From positions 22,279-86,278 of the forward strand of contig MFKO01000002.1 in assembly GCA_001779595.1 (NCBI GenBank): a stretch of DNA of 64,000 bases, read 5' to 3'. The notes under the pieces were generated by a model. It saw only the letters and a list, made by a program, of their open reading frames with translations. It was not told the origin of the DNA and ran no database searches. The position numbers and the translations under genes were made by a program. The number at the start of each line of letters is the position of its first letter. Within the stretch, counting starts at the first letter, position 1. Source of the DNA: Candidatus Kaiserbacteria bacterium RIFCSPHIGHO2_01_FULL_46_22 (GTDB taxonomy: Bacteria > Patescibacteriota > Minisyncoccia > Phycocordibacterales > UBA918). Shown piece after piece: positions 9,764-17,459 of the stretch.

Positions 9764-9910
9764 ATGTCGCATCCCCGTAATAAGTCCGATGGCGAACCCA
9801 ATCGGGCGAAACGGCGAAAGAAGGAGTTGAAGGAAAAGCAGGGCGGAATCCTGCAGCCGCGTGGCGCACCCGTTGGCCCAGGCAAGAAAAGAAGGGTCAG
9901 GAAGCCTTGA
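9764..9910 (+). CDS. Orphan 48-aa Lys/Arg-rich small protein (MSHPRNKSDGEPNRAKRRKKELKEKQGGILQPRGAPVGPGKKRRVRKP)
   Basis: AAAGGGAGGAGG Shine-Dalgarno 7 nt upstream of the ATG; 17 of 48 residues are K/R; flanked by exact-stem terminators on both sides; not in the ORF track because it is under 60 aa. Confidence 0.35.
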   Translation: MSHPRNKSDGEPNRAKRRKKELKEKQGGILQPRGAPVGPGKKRRVRKP

Positions 9911-9916
9911 TCCACA

Positions 9917-9952
9917 GGCCCGATCGCGATAGCGATCGGGCCATATTTTTTT
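9917..9952. terminator. Rho-independent terminator (bidirectional position)
   Basis: ggcccgatcgc-gata-gcgatcgggcc perfect stem followed by TTTTTTT. Confidence 0.8.
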
Positions 9953-10100
9953 AATCTCTTTTTTCCTTGTTAAACATTTCTCCAATAATCCCAAACATCA
10001 CACCAAGGAAAATGAAGCTCACTACATTATCTGTGAGAATGCCCATTACAGCTCCCACAAATGTACCTATAGCTATTACTGATCCCCAAGGAAGATTCAT
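9951..10100 (-). CDS. Possible small single-TM protein
   Basis: MNLPWGSVIAIGTFVGAVMGILTDNVVSFIFLGVMFGIIGEMF; weak RBS. Confidence 0.25.
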   Translation of the reverse strand: MNLPWGSVIAIGTFVGAVMGILTDNVVSFIFLGVMFGIIGEMFNKEKRD

Positions 10101-10185
10101 ATAAAAAACTGTACGCCTTTTTAGGTGAAGGAATAATGTAGGTATTTCCAATTTGCATCCATTATTTTTGCGTTATTATTGAATT

Positions 10186-10584
10186 ATGGAAAAAATACCG
10201 GCTGATCTTAAAAAAGCGCTTGCATCAGCACAGAAAGCAAAAACTATCTGGGACGGTCTGACACCTATTGCCCGCCGAGACTTCATTAGCTGGATAGAAA
10301 GTGCCAAGCAAGTAGAAACACGTAAGCGTCGCGTTGACAGCGTTCCTTCGAGACTTATATCAGGTAAACGTCGTCCGTGTTGTTACGCGCTGGTGCCGAT
10401 GAATCTTTATAAAGCAATTGGACTTAGCGCAAAAGCGAAAACTACTTGGAAAGCGCTTACTCCGGACGAGCGCAGAAATTTCAATGATTTTGTAAATGGA
10501 GTAAAGAATAAAGATCTGCAGAGTGAACGAATAGCAAAGGTTATTTATATACTGGCCTCCGGCAAGAAAAGTCTAGTGAAGTAA
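10186..10584 (+). CDS. YdeI/OmpD-associated family protein (DUF1905-associated)
   Basis: Duplicated KAKTxW..LTP..RR.F..W motif characteristic of the YdeI-like family. Confidence 0.45.
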   Translation: MEKIPADLKKALASAQKAKTIWDGLTPIARRDFISWIESAKQVETRKRRVDSVPSRLISGKRRPCCYALVPMNLYKAIGLSAKAKTTWKALTPDERRNFNDFVNGVKNKDLQSERIAKVIYILASGKKSLVK

Positions 10585-10666
10585 TGATGAAGATGGTAAT
10601 AGAGATCAGTAGGGGTCGTCATCACTATTGTAGGGAGATAGATTACTAACTAAATAACACGATACT

Positions 10667-10900
10667 ATGTTAAAGAATACGCCAGCCGTATTCTTGGCGG
10701 CGATTGTGGCTGTAATCGTAATAACCAGTCCATTAGGCATCAACTATGCCTCGGCCCGTGCTGTCTCCGACCAAGATATCGACTCCCAAGAGGTTGTTGT
10801 TCGAACCGCATCAAGAGAGATGATTGAAGAGTACACACGGTTGTTGCTCTATATGATCATTTTTAAGTTGGAGACCAGAATAGCGGACCAGCAAAAGTAG
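10667..10900 (+). CDS. Hypothetical small protein with N-terminal TM
   Basis: ORF only. Confidence 0.25.
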   Translation: MLKNTPAVFLAAIVAVIVITSPLGINYASARAVSDQDIDSQEVVVRTASREMIEEYTRLLLYMIIFKLETRIADQQK

Positions 10901-10977
10901 AGATTTGAATTGCAACGTTCACAATCTCCATACGCAAATGATGTTTGTCTAAATACAGTATAGACATCTGTGTAAGC

Positions 10978-11009
10978 AAAAAGCTCGCCTTGCATTGGCG
11001 AGCTTTTTG
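10978..11009 (+). terminator. Rho-independent terminator
   Basis: aaagctcgcc-ttgcattg-gcgagcttt hairpin followed by a T-run. Confidence 0.7.
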
Positions 11010-11085
11010 TATCATAGCCCACTATTTATGGGTAAGATACGCATATAATATTGAAAAGCTGACAAAGAGGTAATATTGTTTCAAT

Positions 11086-11415
11086 ATGACAAACACTAAA
11101 ATTATAGTAGCAACCACTGAAAAGATAGCCGGCAGAGAAGTGACAGAGATTTTAGGACTGGTCCGCGGCAACACCATAAGGGCAAGGCATATTGGCAGTG
11201 ATATCGGAGCGAGCCTGAAGAGTCTGGTCGGAGGAGAAATAAAAGGTTATGTAGTGGCAATGACTGACGCCCGCGAAGAGGCATTGTCCAGAATGCTTGA
11301 TGAAGCATCTTTGCTAGGCGCGGATGCGGTAATCGGAATGCGTTTCACTACTTCACAAATAATGACTGGTGCCGCGGAAGTTCTAGCGTACGGCACAGCG
11401 GTAAAATTAAATTAG
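11086..11415 (+). CDS. YbjQ/UPF0145 (DUF74) family protein
   Basis: 109 aa; ...VRGNTIRARHIGSDIGASLKSLVGGEI..YVVAMTDAREEALSRM...GADAVIGMRF... matches the UPF0145 pattern. Confidence 0.6.
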   Translation: MTNTKIIVATTEKIAGREVTEILGLVRGNTIRARHIGSDIGASLKSLVGGEIKGYVVAMTDAREEALSRMLDEASLLGADAVIGMRFTTSQIMTGAAEVLAYGTAVKLN

Positions 11416-11427
11416 CTTCTGACTAAG

Positions 11428-11787
11428 ATGAGTAATGTGTTCCGGACGGATAAAATGGTGGTACGTTATGACGACTATAAGAAAACCGCTGCTTTTCTAA
11501 GCAGGTGTGTGCTTTGTAATAAATCAGCACTCCAGGATTTTAAGTATTGGCGGATTACTAAAAACGACTTTCCTTACGATCGTATCGCAAAGGTGCACGA
11601 TATGATAATCCCGCTTCGTCACACGAATGAGGCCGGTTTGACTGCCGATGAGACAGCCGAATTGTTGATGATCAAACAGCAGTATTTGCAGGATTATGAA
11701 TACATAATAGAAGCAGCTGAAACACGTCGTTCAATACCGGAACATTTTCACTTACATCTTATACAGAGCAAGACTGAATACACCTAA
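11428..11787 (+). CDS. Hypothetical protein, possibly HIT-like
   Basis: C-terminal EHFHLHLIQ resembles an HxHxHxx histidine triad; N-terminal CxxC. Confidence 0.35.
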   Translation: MSNVFRTDKMVVRYDDYKKTAAFLSRCVLCNKSALQDFKYWRITKNDFPYDRIAKVHDMIIPLRHTNEAGLTADETAELLMIKQQYLQDYEYIIEAAETRRSIPEHFHLHLIQSKTEYT

Positions 11788-11816
11788 ACTTCATAAAGTA
11801 TTACTAGAATAATAAG

Positions 11817-12314
11817 GTGTATAATTTTGGTATGAAACCTACGATCATCATTTTCTTGGCGATGTCGTTGTTAGTGGGTGCAGGTTTTTTAACTTGGAGG
11901 AAAGATACAGCGTCTCTGAATGATGATGCGACAAAGAACATTCAGGCAGAAGATCAAAACCAGAGCTTGGAGTTGGAAGACAATGAGTGGGTGTGGCTCT
12001 ATACCGAACTACAGAATGGACAAAAGGTGACTGCGCCAGAAGGAAACGAATTTGTAATTTCTTTTGATTCAAAAGCCGGACGCATTGTCAGTCGTACAGA
12101 CTGCAATAGCTTGTCAGGTATTTTTGCCAAGGATGGAGAGGTGTTAAGTATGGGTGAATTCGTCTCTACTAAAATGTATTGCGAAGGATCTATGGAAGGC
12201 GTGTACGTCGATCATTTAGCGCTAGTTAACTCATTTGTTATTGAAGGCAAGACACTTCGCCTTATCCAGAATCGTGATTACGGCGTAATGGTTTTTGAGC
12301 TAGTCAGCTCATAA
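11817..12314 (+). CDS. META/HslJ-like (DUF306) domain protein (paralogue of 742..1665)
   Basis: N-terminal TM; ...VISFDSKAGRIVSRTDCNSLSGIFAKDGEVLSMGEFVSTKMYCEG... Confidence 0.5.
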   Translation: MYNFGMKPTIIIFLAMSLLVGAGFLTWRKDTASLNDDATKNIQAEDQNQSLELEDNEWVWLYTELQNGQKVTAPEGNEFVISFDSKAGRIVSRTDCNSLSGIFAKDGEVLSMGEFVSTKMYCEGSMEGVYVDHLALVNSFVIEGKTLRLIQNRDYGVMVFELVSS

Positions 12315-12324
12315 TGTAATTAGT

Positions 12325-12612
12325 ATGGATTGGATATATCAAAGTAATTTGAACGGAGGACCGGAATGGTTTGGTCTTGGTTTGTGGCCAGCCTTAACCA
12401 TTCTGCCATTGATTCTCTGGGGCTTAGGATGGAAAGGTTGGGCTATGTGGTTGGCAGCTCGGCGGGGAGAAACACCGTGGTTTATCGCCTTGCTCATCAT
12501 CAACACAGCTGGTCTTTTGGAAATCTTCTACATTTTTGTGATTGCCAAAAGAAAAGATACGGAAGAAGAAGCATTGAAAGTAGTGCCAGAGGAACAGTCT
12601 AATAAATCATAA
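12325..12612 (+). CDS. Hypothetical small membrane protein
   Basis: Two hydrophobic helices. Confidence 0.3.
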   Translation: MDWIYQSNLNGGPEWFGLGLWPALTILPLILWGLGWKGWAMWLAARRGETPWFIALLIINTAGLLEIFYIFVIAKRKDTEEEALKVVPEEQSNKS

Positions 12613-12616
12613 ATCT

Positions 12617-13195
12617 ATGAAAATTTTTGCTTTCATCGCGATAATAGTTGCGGCTATCGGTGTGTGGTATATCTGGGCGGCGATGCTAAATGGCGGTAGT
12701 AGTTTAGTCGATATAAATCCTGATCCATCACCGCAGGATATACGTTCTTTCGAGGATTGTGAGAAGGCTGGTTATCCGGTGATGGAAAGTTATCCTCGTC
12801 AGTGTGCCGTGCCAGACGGTCGCACTTATACAGAAGAAATTGTGGTTGAGGCCACTTATGAAAATGCCGATGAGGATATGATTGTAGTTGACCTACCTAA
12901 TCCTGGCGCAGTGGTAGGGAAGGAATTTAAAGTAATTGGTGAGGCGCGCGGCAATTGGTTTTTTGAAGCGTCGTTTCCTGTAGAAGTTGTGGCGGATAAC
13001 GGAACAGTGTTAGCGCGTACTTATGCCACAGCCGTCGGGGACTGGATGACAACTGAATTTGTAGATTTTACCTCTGATATCAAAGTTCCTGATTCATATA
13101 TTGGCCCAGCTACTTTGATATTGCGAAAAGATAATCCTTCAGGTTTGCCAGAAAATGACGCGTCGGTTTCTTTCCCGATTGTGATTGAGTACTAA
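12617..13195 (+). CDS. Gmad2 immunoglobulin-like domain protein, membrane-anchored
   Basis: ...GKEFKVIGEARGNWFFEASFPVEVVADNGTVLARTYATAVGDWMTTEFVDF... pattern of the Gmad2 domain. Confidence 0.45.
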   Translation: MKIFAFIAIIVAAIGVWYIWAAMLNGGSSLVDINPDPSPQDIRSFEDCEKAGYPVMESYPRQCAVPDGRTYTEEIVVEATYENADEDMIVVDLPNPGAVVGKEFKVIGEARGNWFFEASFPVEVVADNGTVLARTYATAVGDWMTTEFVDFTSDIKVPDSYIGPATLILRKDNPSGLPENDASVSFPIVIEY

Positions 13196-13210
13196 TAGAG
13201 AGGTATTAAG

Positions 13211-13507
13211 GTGAAAAATTTATCGTTCAAAGCAAAGGTATGGCTGTGGCCTGGGGAATCAGCTAGTTGGCATTTCACATCAGTGCCTAAGGAAGAAAGT
13301 GTTAAGTTGCGTGAGAAGTATAAAGGGCTACACCGCGGCTGGAACTCTATTAAAGTACAAGCAAAGGTTGGAAAAACAGTATGGGAAACATCCATCTTTT
13401 TCGACAGTAAGAGTGCGCAGTATATGTTGCCGCTCAAAGCTTCTGTCCGTAAAGCGGAAGGGATATTTCACGGTGATCCAATTCAGGTTAAACTAAAGAT
13501 TCTATAA
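13211..13507 (+). CDS. DUF1905 domain protein
   Basis: 98 aa; ...VWLWPGESASWHFTSVP... beta-rich small domain; GTG start likely. Confidence 0.45.
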   Translation: MKNLSFKAKVWLWPGESASWHFTSVPKEESVKLREKYKGLHRGWNSIKVQAKVGKTVWETSIFFDSKSAQYMLPLKASVRKAEGIFHGDPIQVKLKIL

Positions 13508-13508
13508 A

Positions 13509-14387
13509 TTGAAACTGTCAGATATGTTGAAGCCGGAAAATCGAACGGTTAAAGGATGGTCAGACTACGCCCTTTTGGACAGTGGTGAAGGAATGAAGTT
13601 GGAACGTTTTGGTGATCTCACTTTGGCGCGTCCAGACACCCAGGCGATTTGGCAAAAGCATTCTCCTAAAGAATGGCGTGAGGCCGACGCAACTTTCAGC
13701 TTGAAAGAAGGTAAGGGGCGATGGCAGAAAAAAGCATCCGCGCCGGAACGTGCTTTGATGAGCTTTGGCGATGTGCAGTTCAGTATTCGTCTTGGTAGCT
13801 TTAAACACATTGGTGTATTTCCTGAGCAAGCTGATAACTGGCGGTTCATCAAAGAACAAGTAGAAAAGCAGAAGGAGCCAAAGGTATTAAATCTTTTTGG
13901 TTATACCGGTGTAGCTACTTTGGTGGCAGCAAAAGCTGGCGCACACGTTACTCACGTTGATGCGTCTAAGCAATCTCTAGACTTGGCGAGTGCTAATGCT
14001 GGTTTATCGGAGTTGCCTAAAGATCGCGTGCGGTGGATTCCAGACGACGCTTTAGCATTTGTAAAGCGTGAGGCTCGACGCGGTACTCGTTACGACGGCA
14101 TTGTACTCGATCCACCAGCCTTCGGCCGTGGCGCCAAGGGACAGGTGTGGCATATTGAGCAGGATCTACCAAAGCTTTTAGTTGTTCTCAAAGACCTGCT
14201 ATCTGAAAAGCCCAGCTCGTTTTTGGTATTAAATGGGTATGCGGCCGGTTATAGCGCAACAACATTTTCTCAGCTAGTACTGGAACAGTTTCCGACTCTG
14301 AAGGGCACGTACGGCGAGCTACTACTGGCTGAAGAAAACGGAAATCGTCAGTTGCCGAGTGGTATCTATGTGCGTGGTCAGATATGA
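13509..14387 (+). CDS. Class I SAM-dependent rRNA methyltransferase (RlmI/RlmK-like)
   Basis: LNLFGYTGVATLVAAKAGAHVTHVD (SAM-binding) and IVLDPPAFGRG motifs. Confidence 0.6.
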   Translation: MKLSDMLKPENRTVKGWSDYALLDSGEGMKLERFGDLTLARPDTQAIWQKHSPKEWREADATFSLKEGKGRWQKKASAPERALMSFGDVQFSIRLGSFKHIGVFPEQADNWRFIKEQVEKQKEPKVLNLFGYTGVATLVAAKAGAHVTHVDASKQSLDLASANAGLSELPKDRVRWIPDDALAFVKREARRGTRYDGIVLDPPAFGRGAKGQVWHIEQDLPKLLVVLKDLLSEKPSSFLVLNGYAAGYSATTFSQLVLEQFPTLKGTYGELLLAEENGNRQLPSGIYVRGQI

Positions 14388-14710
14388 AGCGGAAAGTATT
14401 AGGAAAAACTTTTTCTGAAAGAGTAGTCGAACTAGCCTGTAGCGTGCCTTCAGGCCGAGTGACAACCTATGGTGACTTGGCGAGAGCGGCTGGCGGTACA
14501 CCAATGACAGCACAGGGGATTTCGGGAATTTTAGGTAAGGCAGAAAAAAACGGTGTGAAAGGTATTCCTTGGCATCGGATTGTTTATAGTGACGGTCGAG
14601 TTTGGCTTGATGAAGAACATCGAGATGCTCGATTGAAGCTTTATAAAAAAGAAAAAATTAAACTTGATGAAAAGAATCGAGTGATTGATTTTGATTTAAA
14701 AAGGTTTTAA
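14384..14710 (+). CDS. Alkyltransferase-like (ATL) protein: MGMT DNA-binding domain with Trp replacing the active-site Cys
   Basis: ...VTTYGDLARAAGG...GIPWHRIVYSDGRV; PWHR in place of PCHR. Confidence 0.6.
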   Translation: MKRKVLGKTFSERVVELACSVPSGRVTTYGDLARAAGGTPMTAQGISGILGKAEKNGVKGIPWHRIVYSDGRVWLDEEHRDARLKLYKKEKIKLDEKNRVIDFDLKRF

Positions 14711-14790
14711 CCTCGGTTTAATCGTGATAGGGTGTTTATAGAAGGACAGACTCGCTGTACTTCGCAAAAACCTGTACAAGGAGAATAGAA

Positions 14791-15144
14791 ATGTTACCTG
14801 ATTGGACAGGAAAGGCTGTGGCAGGTGCCGCAGTGGGCGCCGTAGCTGCTATGATCGTCGGCTTCGCGTGGGGTGGTTGGATGACCAGTGGGTCGGCTGC
14901 GACGATGGCGAAAGCCGAATCGCAGAAGGCAGTAGTTGCTGCCCTTACTCCGATCTGCGTCAAGCAGGCGGAAGTTGATCCGGAACGCACGGTGAAGCTC
15001 GCGGCGTTGGGCGCGTTATCTTCGTACCAGCGGAGCGACGAGCTCGTGAAGACCGGCTGGGCAACAATGCCTGGTCACGACAAGCCGGCCGACAGGGCCG
15101 TCATCTCAGCTTGTCTCAACGAACTGGCCAAGAGTCTGAAGTAG
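14791..15144 (+). CDS. Orphan 117-aa protein in GC-rich island; N-terminal Gly/Ala-rich TM helix
   Basis: AAGGAG, 7-nt spacer, ATG; GC-rich; GKAVAGAAVGAVAAMIVGFAWGGW helix; no family recognised. Confidence 0.4.
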   Translation: MLPDWTGKAVAGAAVGAVAAMIVGFAWGGWMTSGSAATMAKAESQKAVVAALTPICVKQAEVDPERTVKLAALGALSSYQRSDELVKTGWATMPGHDKPADRAVISACLNELAKSLK

Positions 15145-15163
15145 TTCAGACGAGAACACAATA

Positions 15164-15203
15164 GTGCGCCGTTCGGTTATACCGAACGGCGCATATTTTA
15201 TTT
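15164..15203. terminator. Rho-independent terminator (bidirectional position)
   Basis: gcgccgttcgg-ttata-ccgaacggcgc perfect stem followed by a T-run. Confidence 0.8.
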
Positions 15204-15935
15204 GTATGGGTCCTTTTGAGCGTAAATGGAGACGGTGCGACGCTTGCGGGCTTTGCCGTGAGCGCGATGCTTGTGTGAACGGTATATCTTTTTGACGATG
15301 AATTTTTCGGACAGAAATTCAAGCAACTCATTTTCGCCATAGGCGTGTTCGGGCACACCGATCACTGGGTGGATGTAGCTTCCAGGTTCATTGGCTGGAA
15401 ATTCTTTGAGTAATCGTATCGTGTGGAGGTCGTCGTCACGCAAGAAAGTTTTCATAAACAACCAACCACCTGGTCGTAAAACTCGATGTATTTCATTTCG
15501 TAGCACTTCGCGTTCGGACGCAACTAAAAAGTGCGATGTCATCATATCGAGAACAAGATCTTGCGAAGCGTCGGGAAGATCAATTGTTCCTGCAATACTG
15601 CGGGCCTCGTAAGTGATTGGCAGGCCTGAAGACAAGCGTTTAGCCTCAGCCACAGCCGCGGTTGAAAGGTCATAACCTACACCAGTGACGCCAAACTCAC
15701 GTGCCAAAAAAATGAGGTTACGGCCGTTGCCGCTGCCTAGGTCTAGAGCCTTGGCGTGCTTATTTAATGCCAGCTCATTTTTTTGGCGCGAGAGCCAACG
15801 TGTAAATTTGGCAAAGTCCTCGCTCTCGTCTTCTGACAACGCCAAATGCTCCCCGCCAGAGGCGTACTCGCTGTCCCAGAAAGTAACACCGTGTTGCTTT
15901 CGCTTCTGTTTTCGTATGAAAGGTCTCTTGGCCAT
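15198..15935 (-). CDS. Class I SAM-dependent methyltransferase
   Basis: ALDLGSGNGRNLIFLAREFGVTGVGYDLS motif I; basic C-terminal tail. Confidence 0.6.
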   Translation of the reverse strand: MAKRPFIRKQKRKQHGVTFWDSEYASGGEHLALSEDESEDFAKFTRWLSRQKNELALNKHAKALDLGSGNGRNLIFLAREFGVTGVGYDLSTAAVAEAKRLSSGLPITYEARSIAGTIDLPDASQDLVLDMMTSHFLVASEREVLRNEIHRVLRPGGWLFMKTFLRDDDLHTIRLLKEFPANEPGSYIHPVIGVPEHAYGENELLEFLSEKFIVKKIYRSHKHRAHGKARKRRTVSIYAQKDPYK

Positions 15936-15977
15936 ATAACAAGGCGAATCCTACCATATTATGCTAGGATTTGGCGG

Positions 15978-16721
15978 ATGGAAATCTATATATATGGCCG
16001 CCATGCCGTCGAAGAGGCTTTACAGCGCCGGCCTGACATTGTGCTTGGTGTGCATTTGGCGAGCGCTATCGCTATCGACCCGGATTTGTTAGGTGAATAC
16101 TTAAAGAAGGGAGGACGGGCTGATGACCTGACTAAGCGCGCATTATCGGAGATTCCTAAAGATGCCGCGCACCAGGGAGCAGTGGCTCGCCTCAATATCG
16201 ATAAATTCCTTATACCTTTTAAGGAGTTTAAGAATGATTTTGTCCCGACCCAGGACACCTCGATCATTGTGTTGGGTGAATTGACTGATCCACATAACGT
16301 TGGCGCGATTATTCGTTCCGCCGCCGCATTCGGCGTTAGTGCTGTGTTGATACCAGAGCACCGTCAGGCTCCGATTAACGGTACGGTTATAAAGGTATCA
16401 ACCGGCACCGCTTTTAGTATCCCGCTCGTTTTGGTTGGCAATGTGAACAGCGCACTTCGTGATCTCAAAGATAAAGGTTGCTGGGTCTATGGGCTCGATA
16501 TGGAAGGAGACGCTCCTTTACCAACTGAAGATTTCCGCCGGCCAAGTGTCTTTGTGGTAGGCAATGAAGGCAAGGGAATCCGTGAAAAGACAGTTGCATT
16601 GTGCGATTCAATTTTGACCATCCCTATTCATTCACGAGCGGAGTCATTAAACGCCGCAGCCGCAGCCGCGACAGTTATGTACGCCTGGAGTGCTCGACAC
16701 CCTGATGCTGTTAAGAAATAA
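15978..16721 (+). CDS. TrmH/SpoU family RNA 2'-O-methyltransferase (RlmB-like)
   Basis: DPHNVGAIIRSAAAFGV, VFVVGNEGKGI, IPIHSRAESLNAAAAAATVMY SpoU motifs; ATG at 15978 preferred over 15846. Confidence 0.7.
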   Translation: MEIYIYGRHAVEEALQRRPDIVLGVHLASAIAIDPDLLGEYLKKGGRADDLTKRALSEIPKDAAHQGAVARLNIDKFLIPFKEFKNDFVPTQDTSIIVLGELTDPHNVGAIIRSAAAFGVSAVLIPEHRQAPINGTVIKVSTGTAFSIPLVLVGNVNSALRDLKDKGCWVYGLDMEGDAPLPTEDFRRPSVFVVGNEGKGIREKTVALCDSILTIPIHSRAESLNAAAAAATVMYAWSARHPDAVKK

Positions 16722-16739
16722 GTTATAATATTTGTCATT

Positions 16740-17369
16740 ATGCTAAAGAAACATTTTTGGAAGATCGCCGCTCTTATTGCTGTTTTGGCTTTAGGCGGAG
16801 CAATTTATTACTCAAAACAAGCCTCAGAGAAAGCCAATGAAGGGGTAACTATTTCTTCTCACATCAAAGGCAATCCGGAAGCAAGAGTTGAACTTGTTGA
16901 GTATAGTGACTTTCAGTGTCCAGCCTGCGCTCAGTTCTATCCTTATGTAAAAGACTTGCTGGACGAACACGGATCATCAATACGTTTTGAATACCGACAC
17001 TTCCCGCTGGTGACAGTTCACCCCGTAGCTATCCCGGCAGCACGTGCCGCCGAAGCCGCCAGTCAGCAAGGCAAGTTTTGGGAAATGCATGACAAGTTGT
17101 TTGAAAACCAAAGTGCTTGGAGTAAGGCAAGTAATGCAAACGCACTTTTTGTTCAGTATGCCGAAGAACTTGATCTTGACGTCTCGTTATTCAAGAGTCA
17201 TATGAACGCTTCACTAATCGACGAAGCTATCAGCAAGAGCTTTGAGGACGCACGCACTCGCGGTTTCTCCGGTACTCCTACCTTCCTCCTAAACGGAGAA
17301 CTGATGCAGTTCACAACCTTCGACGAATTCCGAACAGCTATCGAGGAAGCAATTGCAGAGGCTTCATAG
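16740..17369 (+). CDS. DsbA-like thiol:disulfide oxidoreductase, membrane-anchored
   Basis: N-terminal TM; CPAC CxxC motif in a thioredoxin-like context. Confidence 0.6.
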   Translation: MLKKHFWKIAALIAVLALGGAIYYSKQASEKANEGVTISSHIKGNPEARVELVEYSDFQCPACAQFYPYVKDLLDEHGSSIRFEYRHFPLVTVHPVAIPAARAAEAASQQGKFWEMHDKLFENQSAWSKASNANALFVQYAEELDLDVSLFKSHMNASLIDEAISKSFEDARTRGFSGTPTFLLNGELMQFTTFDEFRTAIEEAIAEAS

Positions 17370-17459
17370 AGGTTTTTAGACTTTCAAAGAAAGCGTGTCC
17401 TAATGCGGGTGGAGTACAAGACCGTGTTAGGATTTTGCACACTTTAGCTATTGAACTAT

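Noticed and set aside
9251-9994. 247-aa minus-strand ORF covering the whole first GC-rich island
   Set aside because: It runs antisense through two SD-ATG starts and two exact-stem terminators, and its start lies in AT-rich DNA beyond the terminator. Long alternative-frame ORFs are expected in GC-rich DNA. I kept the plus-strand genes instead.
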